DNA of 64,000 bases, from NCBI RefSeq assembly GCF_964355755.1, contig NC_092675.1, positions 8,923,812 to 8,987,811 on the forward strand, written 5' to 3'. The notes beneath the pieces are model-generated. The model ran no database searches and had not been told where the DNA came from. It saw nothing but the letters and a program-made list of their open reading frames with translations. A program made the position numbers and the translations under genes. This DNA comes from Antedon mediterranea. Lineage: Eukaryota > Animalia > Echinodermata. Positions 34,500-48,452 of the stretch are shown here, in pieces. The number at the start of each line of letters is the position of its first letter. The stretch's first letter is position 1.

Positions 34500-35294
34500 A
34501 TGTTTAACTTTTTTAAATTATACTAAATAAAGTTTATTTTACCTTTCAATTATATTTTCAAGACAGTAACTATAAGATCTTTCTAAGTTCTAATCTTGAA
34601 CCGCAAGTAACCGAATGTCTACAACCGTACCAGGTTGCCTAGCCTGTGAATATCTGTTGTCGTACACCTGTTTTTATCTTTTTAATAATCCTAAAATATA
34701 GTCTCCTTTAAGTGTTTCGATTTTCCAAAAATGTGTTTATACTGTTGATGATAGTATAAGTAAATAAATTCAAACTTTAACCGCAATTAATCGAAAGTTT
34801 TTCAACTAAACTGCATTGAAAACAACGGTTCTCGTCCGATCACTGAAGTTAAACAAGTTGTTGTTCAAAGACATGTTTGTTGTTGTATGTTGCTGCTGTG
34901 GTGACGGTACAAACGTCACTGTACTACGCGGGCGTCCACTTGTGTGCGCGTTTGATTCTTAGCAACAAAGCGGCCTGAATCTTTTGTACATGCCGCTAAT
35001 GTGTTATGCTTCATTGTACAGTGTTATTGTTTCCTTTATATTATCTTTTTAAGAACCTCAGTATAACTTTTTAAATTATACTAAACAAAGTTGAATTTAC
35101 CTTTCAAGTATGTGTTTCTTCAACAGAAGTGGGTGTAAATACCAACGTCATGGTTTCAGCAGCTGCTAATTTCAATCCTAGAAAATGTTCTATAATAAAT
35201 GAACAAAACTATTAGGTTATAGGATATATATGTTTATAGAGATTTTGACAGTGAATATAAGATGTATATATACTTGAACCGCAAGTAACCGAAC

Positions 35295-35414
35295 GTCTAC
35301 AACCATACCACGTTGAAAACACCGGTTCTCGTCCGAACACCGCAGTTAAACAACGTCGGGCCTGGTTAGTACTTGGATGGGAGACCGCCTGGGAATACCT
35401 GGTGTCGTAGACCT
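35295..35414 (+). rRNA. 5S_rRNA: 5S rRNA
   Basis: full-length copy. Confidence 0.95.
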
Positions 35415-35530
35415 ATGTTTAACTTTTTTAAATTATACTAAACAATGTTTATTTTACCTTTCAATTATGTTTTTTGACAGTAACTATAAGATCTTTCTAA
35501 GTTATAATCTTGAACCGCAAGTAACCGAAT

Positions 35531-35650
35531 GTCTACAACCATACCACGTTGAAAACACCGGTTCTCGTCCGAACACCGCAGTTAAACAACGTCGGGCCTG
35601 GTTAGTACTTGGATGGAAGACCGCCTGGGAATACCTGGTGTCGTAGACCT
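35531..35650 (+). rRNA. 5S_rRNA: 5S rRNA (G87A)
   Basis: full-length copy. Confidence 0.9.
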
Positions 35651-36446
35651 ATGTTTAACTTTTTTAAATTATACTAAACAATGTTTATTTTACCTTTCAA
35701 TTATGTTTTTTGACAGTAACTATAAGTTCTTTCTCAGTTATAATCTTGAACCGCAAGTAACCGAATGTCTACAACCGTACCAGGTTGCCTAGCCTGTGAA
35801 TATCTGTTGTCGTACACCTGTTTTTATCTTTTTAATAATCCTAAAATATAGTCTCCTTTAAGTGTTTCGATTTTCCAAAAATGTGTTTATACTGTTGATG
35901 ATAGTATAAGTAAATAAATTCAAACTTTAACCGCAATTAATCGAAAGTTTTTCAACTAAACTGCATTGAAAACAACGGTTCTCGTCCGATCACTGAAGTT
36001 AAACAAGTTGTTGTTCAAAGACATGTTTGTTGTTGTATGTTGCTGCTGTGGTGACGGTACAAACGTCACTGTACTACGCGGGCGTCCACTTGTGTGCGCG
36101 TTTGATTCTTAGCAACAAAGCGGCCTGAATCTTTTGTACATGCCGCTAATGTGTTATGCTTCATTGTACAGTGTTATTGTTTCCTTTATATTATCTTTTT
36201 AAGAACCTCAGTATAACTTTTTAAATTATACTAAACAAAGTTGAATTTACCTTTCAAGTATGTGTTTCTTCAACAGAAGTGGGTGTAAATACCAACGTCA
36301 TGGTTTCAGCAGCTGCTAATTTCAATCCTAGAGAAAATGTTCTATAATAAATGAACAAAACTATTAGGTTATAGGATATATATGTTTATAGAGATTTTGA
36401 CAGTGAATATAAGATGTATATATACTTGAACCGCAAGTAACCGAAC

Positions 36447-36566
36447 GTCTACAACCATACCACGTTGAAAACACCGGTTCTCGTCCGAACACCGCAGTTA
36501 AACAACGTCGGGCCTGGTTAGTACTTGGATGGGAGACCGCCTGGGAATACCTGGTGTCGTAGACCT
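36447..36566 (+). rRNA. 5S_rRNA: 5S rRNA
   Basis: full-length copy. Confidence 0.95.
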
Positions 36567-36682
36567 ATGTTTAACTTTTTTAAATTATACTAAACAATGT
36601 TTATTTTACCTTTCAATTATGTTTTTTGACAGTAACTATAAAATCTTTCTCAGTTATAATCTTGAACCGCAAGTAACCGAAT

Positions 36683-36802
36683 GTCTACAACCATACCACG
36701 TTGAAAACACCGGTTCTCGTCCGAACACCGCAGTTAAACAACGTCGGGCCTGGTTAGTACTTGGATGGGAGACCGCCTGGGAATACCTGGTGTCGTAGAC
36801 CT
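36683..36802 (+). rRNA. 5S_rRNA: 5S rRNA
   Basis: full-length copy. Confidence 0.95.
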
Positions 36803-36919
36803 ATGTTTAACTTTTTTAAATTATACTAAATAAAGTTTATTTTACCTTTCAATTATATTTTTATGACAGTAACTATAAGATCTTTCTAAGTTATAATCTT
36901 GAACCGCAAGTAACCGAAC

Positions 36920-37039
36920 GTCTACAACCATACCACGTTGAAAACACCGGTTCTCCTCCGAACACCGCAGTTAAACAACGTCGGGCCTGGTTAGTACTTG
37001 GATGGGAGACCGCCTGGGAATACCTGGTGTCGTAGACCT
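36920..37039 (+). rRNA. 5S_rRNA: 5S rRNA (G37C)
   Basis: full-length copy. Confidence 0.92.
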
Positions 37040-37833
37040 ATGTTTAACTTTTTTAAATTATACTAAACAATGTTTATTTTACCTTTCAATTATGTTTTTT
37101 GACAGTAACTATAAGATCTTTCTCAGTTATAATCTTGAACCGCAAGTAACCGAATGTCTACAACCGTACCAGGTTGCCTAGCCTGTGAATATCTGTTGTC
37201 GTACACCTGTTTTTATCTTTTTAATAATCCTAAAATATAGTCTCGTTTAAGTGTTTCGATTTTCCAAAAATGTGTTTATACTGTTGATGATAGTATAAGT
37301 AAATAAATTCAAACTGTAACCGCAATTAATCGAAAGTTTTTAAACTAAACTGCATTGAAAACAACGGTTCTCGTCCGATCACTGAAGTTAAACAAGTTTT
37401 TGTTCAAAGACATGTTTGTTGTTGTATGTTGCTGCTGTGGTGACGGTACAAACGTCACTGTACTACGCGGGCGTCCACTTGTGTGCGCGTTTGATTCTTA
37501 GCAACAAAGCGGCCTGAATCTTTTGTACATGCCGCTAATGTGTTATGCTTCATTGTACAGTGTTATTGTTTCCTTTATATTATCTTTTTAAGAACCTCAG
37601 TATAACTTTTTAAATTATACTAAACAAAGTTGAATTTACCTTTCAAGTATGTGTTTCTTCAACAGAAGTGGGTGTAAATACCAACGTCATGGTTTCAGCA
37701 GCTGCTAATTTCAATCCTAGAAAATGTTCTTTAATAAATGAACAAAACTATTAGGTTATAGGATATATATGTTTATAGAGATTTTGACAGTGAATATAAG
37801 ATGTATATATACTTGAACCGCAAGTAACCGAAC

Positions 37834-37953
37834 GTCTACAACCATACCACGTTGAAAACACCGGTTCTCGTCCGAACACCGCAGTTAAACAACGTCGGGC
37901 CTGGTTAGTACTTGGATGGGAGACCGCCTGGGAATACCTGGTGTCGTAGACCT
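37834..37953 (+). rRNA. 5S_rRNA: 5S rRNA
   Basis: full-length copy. Confidence 0.95.
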
Positions 37954-38069
37954 ATGTTTAACTTTTTTAAATTATACTAAACAATGTTTATTTTACCTTT
38001 CAATTATGTTTTTTGACAGTAACTATAAGATCTTTCTCAGTTATAATCTTGAACCGCAAGTAACCGAAT

Positions 38070-38189
38070 GTCTACAACCATACCACGTTGAAAACACCGG
38101 TTCTCGTCCGAACACCGCAGTTAAACAACGTCGGGCCTGGTTAGTACTTGGATGGAAGACCGCCTGGGAATACCTGGTGTCGTAGACCT
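38070..38189 (+). rRNA. 5S_rRNA: 5S rRNA (G87A)
   Basis: full-length copy. Confidence 0.9.
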
Positions 38190-38921
38190 ATGTTTAACTT
38201 TTTTAAATTATACTAAACAATGTTTATTTTACCTTTCAATTGTGTTTTTTGACAGTAACTATAAGTTCTTTCTCAGTTATAATCTTGAACCGCAAGTAAC
38301 TGAATGTCTACAACCGTACCAGGTTGCCTAGCCTGTGAATATCTGTTGTCGTACACCTGTTTTTATCTTTTTAATAATCCTAAAATATAGTCTCGTTTAA
38401 GTGTTTCTATTTTCCAAAAATGTGTTTATACTGTTGATGATAGTATAAGTAAATAAATTCAAACTGTAACCGCAATTAATCGAAAGTTTTTCAACTAAAC
38501 TGCATTGAAAACAACGGTTCTCGTCCGATCACTGAAGTTAAACAAGTTGTTGTTCAAAGACATGTTTGTTGTTGTATGTTGCTGCTGTGGTGACGGTACA
38601 AACGTCACTGTACTACGCGGGCGTCCACTTGTGTGCGCGTTTGATTCTTAGCAACAAAGCGGCCTGAATCTTTTGTACATGCCGCTAATGTGTTATGCTT
38701 CATTGTACAGTGTTATTGTTTCCTTTATATTATCTTTTTAAGAACCTCAGTATAACTTTTTAAATTATACTAAACAAAGTTGAATTTACCTTTCAAGTAT
38801 GTGTTTCTTCAACAGAAGTGGGTGTAAATATCAACGTCATGGTTTCAGCAGCTGCTAATTTCAATCCTAGAAAATGTTCTATAATAAATGAACAAAAGTA
38901 TTAGGTTATAAGTAACCGAAC

Positions 38922-39041
38922 GTCTACAACCATACCATGTTGAAAACACCGGTTCTCGTCCGAACACCGCAGTTAAACAACGTCGGGCCTCGTTAGTACT
39001 TGGATGGGAGACCGCCTGGGAATACCTGGTGTCGTAGACCT
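38922..39041 (+). rRNA. 5S_rRNA: 5S rRNA (C17T,G70C)
   Basis: full-length copy; 62-bp upstream deletion. Confidence 0.9.
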
Positions 39042-39157
39042 ATGTTTAACTTTTTTAAATTATACTAAACAATGTTTATTTTACCTTTCAATTATGTTTT
39101 TTGACAGTAACTATAAGATCTTTCTAAGTTATAATCTTGAACCGCAAGTAACCGAAC

Positions 39158-39277
39158 GTCTACAACCATACCACGTTGAAAACACCGGTTCTCGTCCGAA
39201 CACCGCAGTTAAACAACGTCGGGCCTGGTTAGTACTTGGATGGGAGACCGCCTGGGAATACCTGGTGTCGTAGACCT
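39158..39277 (+). rRNA. 5S_rRNA: 5S rRNA
   Basis: full-length copy. Confidence 0.95.
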
Positions 39278-39393
39278 ATGTTTAACTTTTTTAAATTATA
39301 CTAAACAATGTTTATTTTACCTTTCAATTATGTTTTTTGACAGTAACTATAAGATCTTTCTCAGTTATAATCTTGAACCGCAAGGAACCGAAT

Positions 39394-39513
39394 GTCTACA
39401 ACCATACCACGTTGAAAACACCGGTTCTCGTCCGAACACCGCAGTTAAACAACGTCGGGCCTGGTTAGTACTTGGATGGGAGACCGCCTGGGAATACCTG
39501 GTGTCGTAGACCT
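39394..39513 (+). rRNA. 5S_rRNA: 5S rRNA
   Basis: full-length copy. Confidence 0.95.
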
Positions 39514-40308
39514 ATGTTTAACTTTTTTAAATTATACTAAATAAAGTTTATTTTACCTTTCAATTATATTTTCAAGACAGTAACTATAAGATCTTTCTAA
39601 GTTCTAATCTTGAACCGCAAGTAACCGAATGTCTACAACCGTACCAGGTTGCCTAGCCTGTGAATATCTGTTGTCGTACACCTGTTTTTATCTTTTTAAT
39701 AATCCTAAAATATAGTCTCCTTTAAGTGTTTCGATTTTCCAAAAATGTGTTTATACTGTTGATGATAGTATAAGTAAATAAATTCAAACTTTAACCGCAA
39801 TTAATCGAAAGTTTTTCAACTAAACTGCATTGAAAACAACGGTTCTCGTCCGATCACTGAAGTTAAACAAGTTGTTGTTCAAAGACATGTTTGTTGTTGT
39901 ATGTTGCTGCTGTGGTGACGGTACAAACGTCACTGTACTACGCGGGCGTCCACTTGTGTGCGCGTTTGATTCTTAGCAACAAAGCGGCCTGAATCTTTTG
40001 TACATGCCGCTAATGTGTTATGCTTCATTGTACAGTGTTATTGTTTCCTTTATATTATCTTTTTAAGAACCTCAGTATAACTTTTTAAATTATACTAAAC
40101 AAAGTTGAATTTACCTTTCAAGTATGTGTTTCTTCAACAGAAGTGGGTGTAAATACCAACGTCATGGTTTCAGCAGCTGCTAATTTCAATCCTAGAAAAT
40201 GTTCTATAATAAATGAACAAAACTATTAGGTTATAGGATATATATGTTTATAGAGATTTTGACAGTGAATATAAGATGTATATATACTTGAACCGCAAGT
40301 AACCGAAC

Positions 40309-40428
40309 GTCTACAACCATACCACGTTGAAAACACCGGTTCTCGTCCGAACACCGCAGTTAAACAACGTCGGGCCTGGTTAGTACTTGGATGGGAGACC
40401 GCCTGGGAATACCTGGTGTCGTAGACCT
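40309..40428 (+). rRNA. 5S_rRNA: 5S rRNA
   Basis: full-length copy. Confidence 0.95.
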
Positions 40429-40544
40429 ATGTTTAACTTTTTTAAATTATACTAAACAATGTTTATTTTACCTTTCAATTATGTTTTTTGACAGTAACTA
40501 TAAAATCTTTCTCAGTTATAATCTTGAACCGCAAGTAACCGAAT

Positions 40545-40664
40545 GTCTACAACCATACCACGTTGAAAACACCGGTTCTCGTCCGAACACCGCAGTTAAA
40601 CAACGTCGGGCCTGGTTAGTACTTGGATGGGAGACCGCCTGGGAATACCTGGTGTCGTAGACCT
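40545..40664 (+). rRNA. 5S_rRNA: 5S rRNA
   Basis: full-length copy. Confidence 0.95.
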
Positions 40665-40781
40665 ATGTTTAACTTTTTTAAATTATACTAAATAAAGTTT
40701 ATTTTACCTTTCAATTATATTTTTATGACAGTAACTATAAGATCTTTCTAAGTTATAATCTTGAACCGCAAGTAACCGAAC

Positions 40782-40901
40782 GTCTACAACCATACCACGT
40801 TGAAAACACCGGTTCTCCTCCGAACACCGCAGTTAAACAACGTCGGGCCTGGTTAGTACTTGGATGGGAGACCGCCTGGGAATACCTGGTGTCGTAGACC
40901 T
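40782..40901 (+). rRNA. 5S_rRNA: 5S rRNA (G37C)
   Basis: full-length copy. Confidence 0.92.
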
Positions 40902-41695
40902 ATGTTTAACTTTTTTAAATTATACTAAACAATGTTTATTTTACCTTTCAATTATGTTTTTTGACAGTAACTATAAGATCTTTCTCAGTTATAATCTTGA
41001 ACCGCAAGTAACCGAATGTCTACAACCGTACCAGGTTGCCTAGCCTGTGAATATCTGTTGTCGTACACCTGTTTTTCTCTTTTTAATAATCCTAAAATAT
41101 AGTCTCGTTTAAGTGTTTCGATTTTCCAAAAATGTGTTTATACTGTTGATGATAGTATAAGTAAATAAATTCAAACTGTAACCGCAATTAATCGAAAGTT
41201 TTTCAACTAAACTGCATTGAAAACAACGGTTCTCGTCCGATCACTGAAGTTAAACAAGTTGTTGTTCAAAGACATGTTTGTTGTTGTATGTTGCTGCTGT
41301 GGTGACGGTACAAACGTCACTGTACTACGCGGGCGTCCACTTGTGTGCGCGTTTGATTCTTAGCAACAAAGCGGCCTGAATCTTTTGTACATGCCGCTAA
41401 TGTGTTATGCTTCATTGTACAGTGTTATTGTTTCCTTTATATTATCTTTTTAAGAACCTCAGTATAACTTTTTAAATTATACTAAACAAAGTTGAATTTA
41501 CCTTTCAAGTATGTGTTTCTTCAACAGAAGTGGGTGTAAATACCAACGTCATGGTTTCAGCAGCTGCTAATTTCAATCCTAGAAAATGTTCTATAATAAA
41601 TGAACAAAACTATTAGGTTATAGGATATATATGTTTATAGAGATTTTGACAGTGAATATAAGATGTATATATACTTGAACCGCAAGTAACCGAAC

Positions 41696-41815
41696 GTCTA
41701 CAACCATACCACGTTGAAAACACCGGTTCTCGTCCGAACACCGCAGTTAAACAACGTCGGGCCTGGTTAGTACTTGGATGGGAGACCGCCTGGGAATACC
41801 TGGTGTCGTAGACCT
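41696..41815 (+). rRNA. 5S_rRNA: 5S rRNA
   Basis: full-length copy. Confidence 0.95.
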
Positions 41816-41931
41816 ATGTTTAACTTTTTTAAATTATACTAAACAATGTTTATTTTACCTTTCAATTATGTTTTTTGACAGTAACTATAAGATCTTTCTC
41901 AGTTATAATCTTGAACCGCAAGTAACCGAAT

Positions 41932-42051
41932 GTCTACAACCATACCACGTTGAAAACACCGGTTCTCGTCCGAACACCGCAGTTAAACAACGTCGGGCCT
42001 GGTTAGTACTTGGATGGAAGACCGCCTGGGAATACCTGGTGTCGTAGACCT
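41932..42051 (+). rRNA. 5S_rRNA: 5S rRNA (G87A)
   Basis: full-length copy. Confidence 0.9.
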
Positions 42052-42783
42052 ATGTTTAACTTTTTTAAATTATACTAAACAATGTTTATTTTACCTTTCA
42101 ATTATGTTTTTTGACAGTAACTATAAGTTCTTTCTCAGTTATAATCTTGAACCGCAAGTAACCGAATGTCTACAACCGTACCAGGTTGCCTAGCCTGTGA
42201 ATATCTGTTGTCGTACACCTGTTTTTATCTTTTTAATAATCCTAAAATATAGTCTCGTTTAAGTGTTTCTATTTTCCAAAAATGTGTTTATACTGTTGAT
42301 GATAGTATAAGTAAATAAATTCAAACTGTAACCGCAATTAATCGAAAGTTTTTCAACTAAACTGCATTGAAAACAACGGTTCTCGTCCGATCACTGAAGT
42401 TAAACAAGTTGTTGTTCAAAGACATGTTTGTTGTTGTATGTTGCTGCTGTGGTGACGGTACAAACGTCACTGTACTACGCGGGCGTCCACTTGTGTGCGC
42501 GTTTGATTCTTAGCAACAAAGCGGCCTGAATCTTTTGTACATGCCGCTAATGTGTTATGCTTCATTGTACAGTGTTATTGTTTCCTTTATATTATCTTTT
42601 TAAGAACCTCAGTATAACTTTTTAAATTATACTAAACAAAGTTGAATTTACCTTTCAAGTATGTGTTTCTTCAACAGAAGTGGGTGTAAATATCAACGTC
42701 ATGGTTTCAGCAGCTGCTAATTTCAATCCTAGAAAATGTTCTATAATAAATGAACAAAAGTATTAGGTTATAAGTAACCGAAC

Positions 42784-42903
42784 GTCTACAACCATACCAT
42801 GTTGAAAACACCGGTTCTCGTCCGAACACCGCAGTTAAACAACGTCGGGCCTCGTTAGTACTTGGATGGGAGACCGCCTGGGAATACCTGGTGTCGTAGA
42901 CCT
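42784..42903 (+). rRNA. 5S_rRNA: 5S rRNA (C17T,G70C)
   Basis: full-length copy; 62-bp upstream deletion. Confidence 0.9.
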
Positions 42904-43019
42904 ATGTTTAACTTTTTTAAATTATACTAAACAATGTTTATTTTACCTTTCAATTATGTTTTTTGACAGTAACTATAAGATCTTTCTAAGTTATAATCTT
43001 GAACCGCAAGTAACCGAAC

Positions 43020-43139
43020 GTCTACAACCATACCACGTTGAAAACACCGGTTCTCCTCCGAACACCGCAGTTAAACAACGTCGGGCCTGGTTAGTACTTG
43101 GATGGGAGACCGCCTGGGAATACCTGGTGTCGTAGACCT
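43020..43139 (+). rRNA. 5S_rRNA: 5S rRNA (G37C)
   Basis: full-length copy. Confidence 0.92.
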
Positions 43140-43933
43140 ATGTTTAACTTTTTTAAATTATACTAAACAATGTTTATTTTACCTTTCAATTATGTTTTTT
43201 GACAGTAACTATAAGATCTTTCTCAGTTATAATCTTGAACCGCAAGTAACCGAATGTCTACAACCGTACCAGGTTGCCTAGCCTGTGAATATCTGTTGTC
43301 GTACACCTGTTTTTATCTTTTTAATAATCCTAAAATATAGTCTCGTTTAAGTGTTTCTATTTTCCAAAAATGTGTTTATACTGTTGATGATAGTATAAGT
43401 AAATAAATTCAAACTGTAACCGCAATTAATCGAAAGTTTTTCAACTAAACTGCATTGAAAACAACGGTTCTCGTCCGATCACTGAAGTTAAACAAGTTGT
43501 TGTTCAAAGACATGTTTGTTGTTGTATGTTGCTGCTGTGGTGACGGTACAAACGTCACTGTACTACGCGGGCGTCCACTTGTGTGCGCGTTTGATTCTTA
43601 GCAACAACGCGGCCTGAATCTTTTGTACATGCCGCTATTGTGTTATGCTTCTTTGTACAGTGTTATTGTTTCCTTTATATTATCTTTTTAAGAACCTCAG
43701 TATAACTTTTTAAATTATACTAAAAAAAGTTGAATTTACCTTTCAAGTATGTGTTTCTTCAACAGAAGTGGGTGTAAATACCAACGTCATGGTTTCAGCA
43801 GCTGCTAATTTCAATCCTAGAAAATGTTCTATAATAAATGAACAAAACTATTAGGTTATAGGATATATATATTTATAGAGATTTTGACAGTGAATATAAG
43901 ATGTATATATACTTGAACCGCAAGTAACCGAAC

Positions 43934-44053
43934 GTCTACAACCATACCACGTTGAAAACACCGGTTCTCGTCCGAACACCGCAGTTAAACAACGTCGGGC
44001 CTGGTTAGTACTTGGATGGGAGACCGCCTGGGAATACCTGGTGTCGTAGACCT
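43934..44053 (+). rRNA. 5S_rRNA: 5S rRNA
   Basis: full-length copy. Confidence 0.95.
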
Positions 44054-44169
44054 ATGTTTAACTTTTTTAAATTATACTAAACAATGTTTATTTTACCTTT
44101 CAATTATGTTTTTTGACAGTAACTATAAGATCTTTCTCAGTTATAATCTTGAACCGCAAGGAACCGAAT

Positions 44170-44289
44170 GTCTACAACCATACCACGTTGAAAACACCGG
44201 TTCTCGTCCGAACACCGCAGTTAAACAACGTCGGGCCTGGTTAGTACTTGGATGGGAGACCGCCTGGGAATACCTGGTGTCGTAGACCT
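44170..44289 (+). rRNA. 5S_rRNA: 5S rRNA
   Basis: full-length copy. Confidence 0.95.
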
Positions 44290-45084
44290 ATGTTTAACTT
44301 TTTTAAATTATACTAAATAAAGTTTATTTTACCTTTCAATTATATTTTTATGACAGTAACTATAAGATCTTTCTAAGTTATAATCTTGAACCGCAAGTAA
44401 CCGAATGTCTACAACCGTACCAGGTTGCCTAGCCTGTGAATATCTGTTGTCGTACACCTGTTTTTATCTTTTTAATAATCCTAAAATATAGTCTCGTTTA
44501 AGTGTTTCGATTTTCCAAAAATGTGTTTATACTGTTGATGATAGTATAAGTAAATAAATTCAAACTGTAACCGCAATTAATCGAAAGTTTTTCAACTAAA
44601 CTGCATTGAAAACAACTGTTCTCGTCCGATCACTGAAGTTAAACAAGTTGTTGTTCAAAGACATGTTTGTTGTTGTATGTTGCTGCTGTGGTGACGGTAC
44701 AAACGTCACTGTACTACGCGATCGTCCACTTGTGTGCGCGTTTGATTCTTAGCAACAAAGCGGCCTGAATCTTTTGTACATGCCGCTATTGTGTTATGCT
44801 TCTTTGTACAGTGTTATTATTTCCTTTATATTATCTTTTTAAGAACCTCAGTATAACTTTTTAAATTATACTAAACAAAGTTGAATTTACCTTTCAAGTA
44901 TGTGTTTCTTCAACAGAAGTGGGTGTAAATACCAACGTCATGGTTTCAGCAGCTGCTAATTTCAATCCTAGAAAATGTTCTATAATAAATGAACAAAACT
45001 ATTAGGTTATAGGATATATGTGTTTATAGAGATTTTGACAGTGAATATAAGATTTATATATACTTGAACCGCAAGTAACCGAAC

Positions 45085-45204
45085 GTCTACAACCATACCA
45101 TGTTGAAAACACCGGTTCTCGTCCGAACACCGGAGTTAAACAACGTCGGGCCTCGTTAGTACTTGGATGGGAGACCGCCTGGGAATACCTGGTGTCGTAG
45201 ACCT
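45085..45204 (+). rRNA. 5S_rRNA: 5S rRNA (C17T,C49G,G70C)
   Basis: full-length copy. Confidence 0.9.
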
Positions 45205-45321
45205 ATGTTTAACTTTTTTAAATTATACTAAACAAAGTTTATTTTACCTTTCAATTATGTTTTTATGACAGTAACTATAAGATCTTTCTAAGTTATAATC
45301 TTGAACCGCAAGTAACCGAAC

Positions 45322-45441
45322 GTCTACAACCATACCACGTTGAAAACACCGGTTCTCCTCCGAACACCGCAGTTAAACAACGTCGGGCCTGGTTAGTACT
45401 TGGATGGGAGACCGCCTGGGAATACCTGGTGTCGTAGACCT
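45322..45441 (+). rRNA. 5S_rRNA: 5S rRNA (G37C)
   Basis: full-length copy. Confidence 0.92.
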
Positions 45442-45557
45442 ATGTTTAACTTTTTTAAATTATACTAAACAATGTTTATTTTACCTTTCAATTATGTTTT
45501 TTGACAGTAACTATAAGATCTTTCTCAGTTATAATCTTGAACCGCAAGTAACCGAAT

Positions 45558-45677
45558 GTCTACAACCATACCACGTTGAAAACACCGGTTCTCGTCCGAA
45601 CACCGCAGTTAAACAACGTCGGGCCTGGTTAGTACTTGGATGGGAGACCGCCTGGGAATACCTGGTGTCGTAGACCT
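45558..45677 (+). rRNA. 5S_rRNA: 5S rRNA
   Basis: full-length copy. Confidence 0.95.
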
Positions 45678-46471
45678 ATGTTTAACTTTTTTAAATTATA
45701 CTAAACAATGTTTATTTTACCTTTCAATTATGTTTTTTGACAGTAACTATAAGATCTTTCTCAGTTATAATCTTGAACCGCAAGTAACCGAATGTCTACA
45801 ACCGTACCAGGTTGCCTAGCCTGTGAATATCTGTTGTCGTACACCTGTTTTTATCTTTTTAATAATCCTAAAATATAGTCTCGTTTAAGTGTTTCTATTT
45901 TCCAAAAATGTGTTTATACTGTTGATGATAGTATAAGTAAATAAATTCAAACTGTAACCGCAATTAATCGAAAGTTTTTCAACTAAACTGCATTGAAAAC
46001 AACGGTTCTCGTCCGATCACTGAAGTTAAACAAGTTGTTGTTCAAAGACATGTTTGTTGTTGTATGTTGCTGCTGTGGTGACGGTACAAACGTCACTGTA
46101 CTACGCGGGCGTCCACTTGTGTGCGCGTTTGATTCTTAGCAACAACGCGGCCTGAATCTTTTGTACATGCCGCTATTGTGTTATGCTTCTTTGTACAGTG
46201 TTATTGTTTCCTTTATATTATCTTTTTAAGAACCTCAGTATAACTTTTTAAATTATACTAAAAAAAGTTGAATTTACCTTTCAAGTATGTGTTTCTTCAA
46301 CAGAAGTGGGTGTAAATACCAACGTCATGGTTTCAGCAGCTGCTAATTTCAATCCTAGAAAATGTTCTATAATAAATGAACAAAACTATTAGGTTATAGG
46401 ATATATATATTTATAGAGATTTTGACAGTGAATATAAGATGTATATATACTTGAACCGCAAGTAACCGAAC

Positions 46472-46591
46472 GTCTACAACCATACCACGTTGAAAACACC
46501 GGTTCTCGTCCGAACACCGCAGTTAAACAACGTCGGGCCTGGTTAGTACTTGGATGGGAGACCGCCTGGGAATACCTGGTGTCGTAGACCT
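46472..46591 (+). rRNA. 5S_rRNA: 5S rRNA
   Basis: full-length copy. Confidence 0.95.
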
Positions 46592-46707
46592 ATGTTTAAC
46601 TTTTTTAAATTATACTAAACAATGTTTATTTTACCTTTCAATTATGTTTTTTGACAGTAACTATAAGATCTTTCTCAGTTATAATCTTGAACCGCAAGGA
46701 ACCGAAT

Positions 46708-46827
46708 GTCTACAACCATACCACGTTGAAAACACCGGTTCTCGTCCGAACACCGCAGTTAAACAACGTCGGGCCTGGTTAGTACTTGGATGGGAGACCG
46801 CCTGGGAATACCTGGTGTCGTAGACCT
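46708..46827 (+). rRNA. 5S_rRNA: 5S rRNA
   Basis: full-length copy. Confidence 0.95.
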
Positions 46828-47622
46828 ATGTTTAACTTTTTTAAATTATACTAAATAAAGTTTATTTTACCTTTCAATTATATTTTTATGACAGTAACTA
46901 TAAGATCTTTCTAAGTTATAATCTTGAACCGCAAGTAACCGAATGTCTACAACCGTACCAGGTTGCCTAGCCTGTGAATATCTGTTGTCGTACACCTGTT
47001 TTTATCTTTTTAATAATCCTAAAATATAGTCTCGTTTAAGTGTTTCGATTTTCCAAAAATGTGTTTATACTGTTGATGATAGTATAAGTAAATAAATTCA
47101 AACTGTAACCGCAATTAATCGAAAGTTTTTCAACTAAACTGCATTGAAAACAACTGTTCTCGTCCGATCACTGAAGTTAAACAAGTTGTTGTTCAAAGAC
47201 ATGTTTGTTGTTGTATGTTGCTGCTGTGGTGACGGTACAAACGTCACTGTACTACGCGGGCGTCCACTTGTGTGCGCGTTTGATTCTTAGCAACAAAGCG
47301 GCCTGAATCTTTTGTACATGCCGCTATTGTGTTATGCTTCTTTGTACAGTGTTATTGTTTCCTTTATATTATCTTTTTAAGAACCTCAGTATAACTTTTT
47401 AAATTATACTAAACAAAGTTGAATTTACCTTTCAAGTATGTGTTTCTTCAACAGAAGTGGGTGTAAATACCAACGTCATGGTTTCAGCAGCTGCTAATTT
47501 CAATCCTAGAAAATGTTCTATAATAAATGAACAAAACTATTAGGTTATAGGATATATGTGTTTATAGAGATTTTGACAGTGAATATAAGATTTATATATA
47601 CTTGAACCGCAAGTAACCGAAC

Positions 47623-47742
47623 GTCTACAACCATACCATGTTGAAAACACCGGTTCTCGTCCGAACACCGCAGTTAAACAACGTCGGGCCTCGTTAGTAC
47701 TTGGATGGGAGACCGCCTGGGAATACCTGGTGTCGTAGACCT
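47623..47742 (+). rRNA. 5S_rRNA: 5S rRNA (C17T,G70C)
   Basis: full-length copy. Confidence 0.9.
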
Positions 47743-47859
47743 ATGTTTAACTTTTTTAAATTATACTAAACAAAGTTTATTTTACCTTTCAATTATGTTT
47801 TTATGACAGTAACTATAAGATCTTTCTAAGTTATAATCTTGAACCGCAAGTAACCGAAC

Positions 47860-47979
47860 GTCTACAACCATACCACGTTGAAAACACCGGTTCTCCTCCG
47901 AACACTGCAGTTAAACAACGTCGGGCCTGGTTAGTACTTGGATGGGAGACCGCCTGGGAATACCTGGTGTCGTAGACCT
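47860..47979 (+). rRNA. 5S_rRNA: 5S rRNA (G37C,C47T)
   Basis: full-length copy. Confidence 0.9.
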
Positions 47980-48096
47980 ATGTTTAACTTTTTTAAATTA
48001 TACTAAACAATGTTTATTTTACCTTTCAATTATGTTTTTATGACAGTAACTATAAGATCTTTCTAAGTTATAATCTTGAACCGCAAGTAACCGAAC

Positions 48097-48216
48097 GTCT
48101 ACAACCATACCACGTTGAAAACACCGGTTCTCCTCCGAACACCGCAGTTAAACAACGTCGGGCCTGGTTAGTACCTGGATGGGAGACCGCCTGGGAATAC
48201 CTGGTGTCGTAGACCT
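48097..48216 (+). rRNA. 5S_rRNA: 5S rRNA (G37C,T79C)
   Basis: full-length copy. Confidence 0.9.
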
Positions 48217-48332
48217 ATGTTTAACTTTTTTAAATTATACTAAACAATGTTTATTTTACCTTTCAATTATGTTTTTTGACAGTAACTATAAGATCTTTCT
48301 CAGTTATAATCTTGAACCGCAAGGAACCGAAT

Positions 48333-48452
48333 GTCTACAACCATACCACGTTGAAAACACAGGTTCTCGTCCGAACACCGCAGTTAAACAACGTCGGGCC
48401 TGGTTAGTACTTGGATGGGAGACCGCCTGGGAATACCTGGTGTCGTAGACCT
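48333..48452 (+). rRNA. 5S_rRNA: 5S rRNA (C29A)
   Basis: full-length copy. Confidence 0.9.
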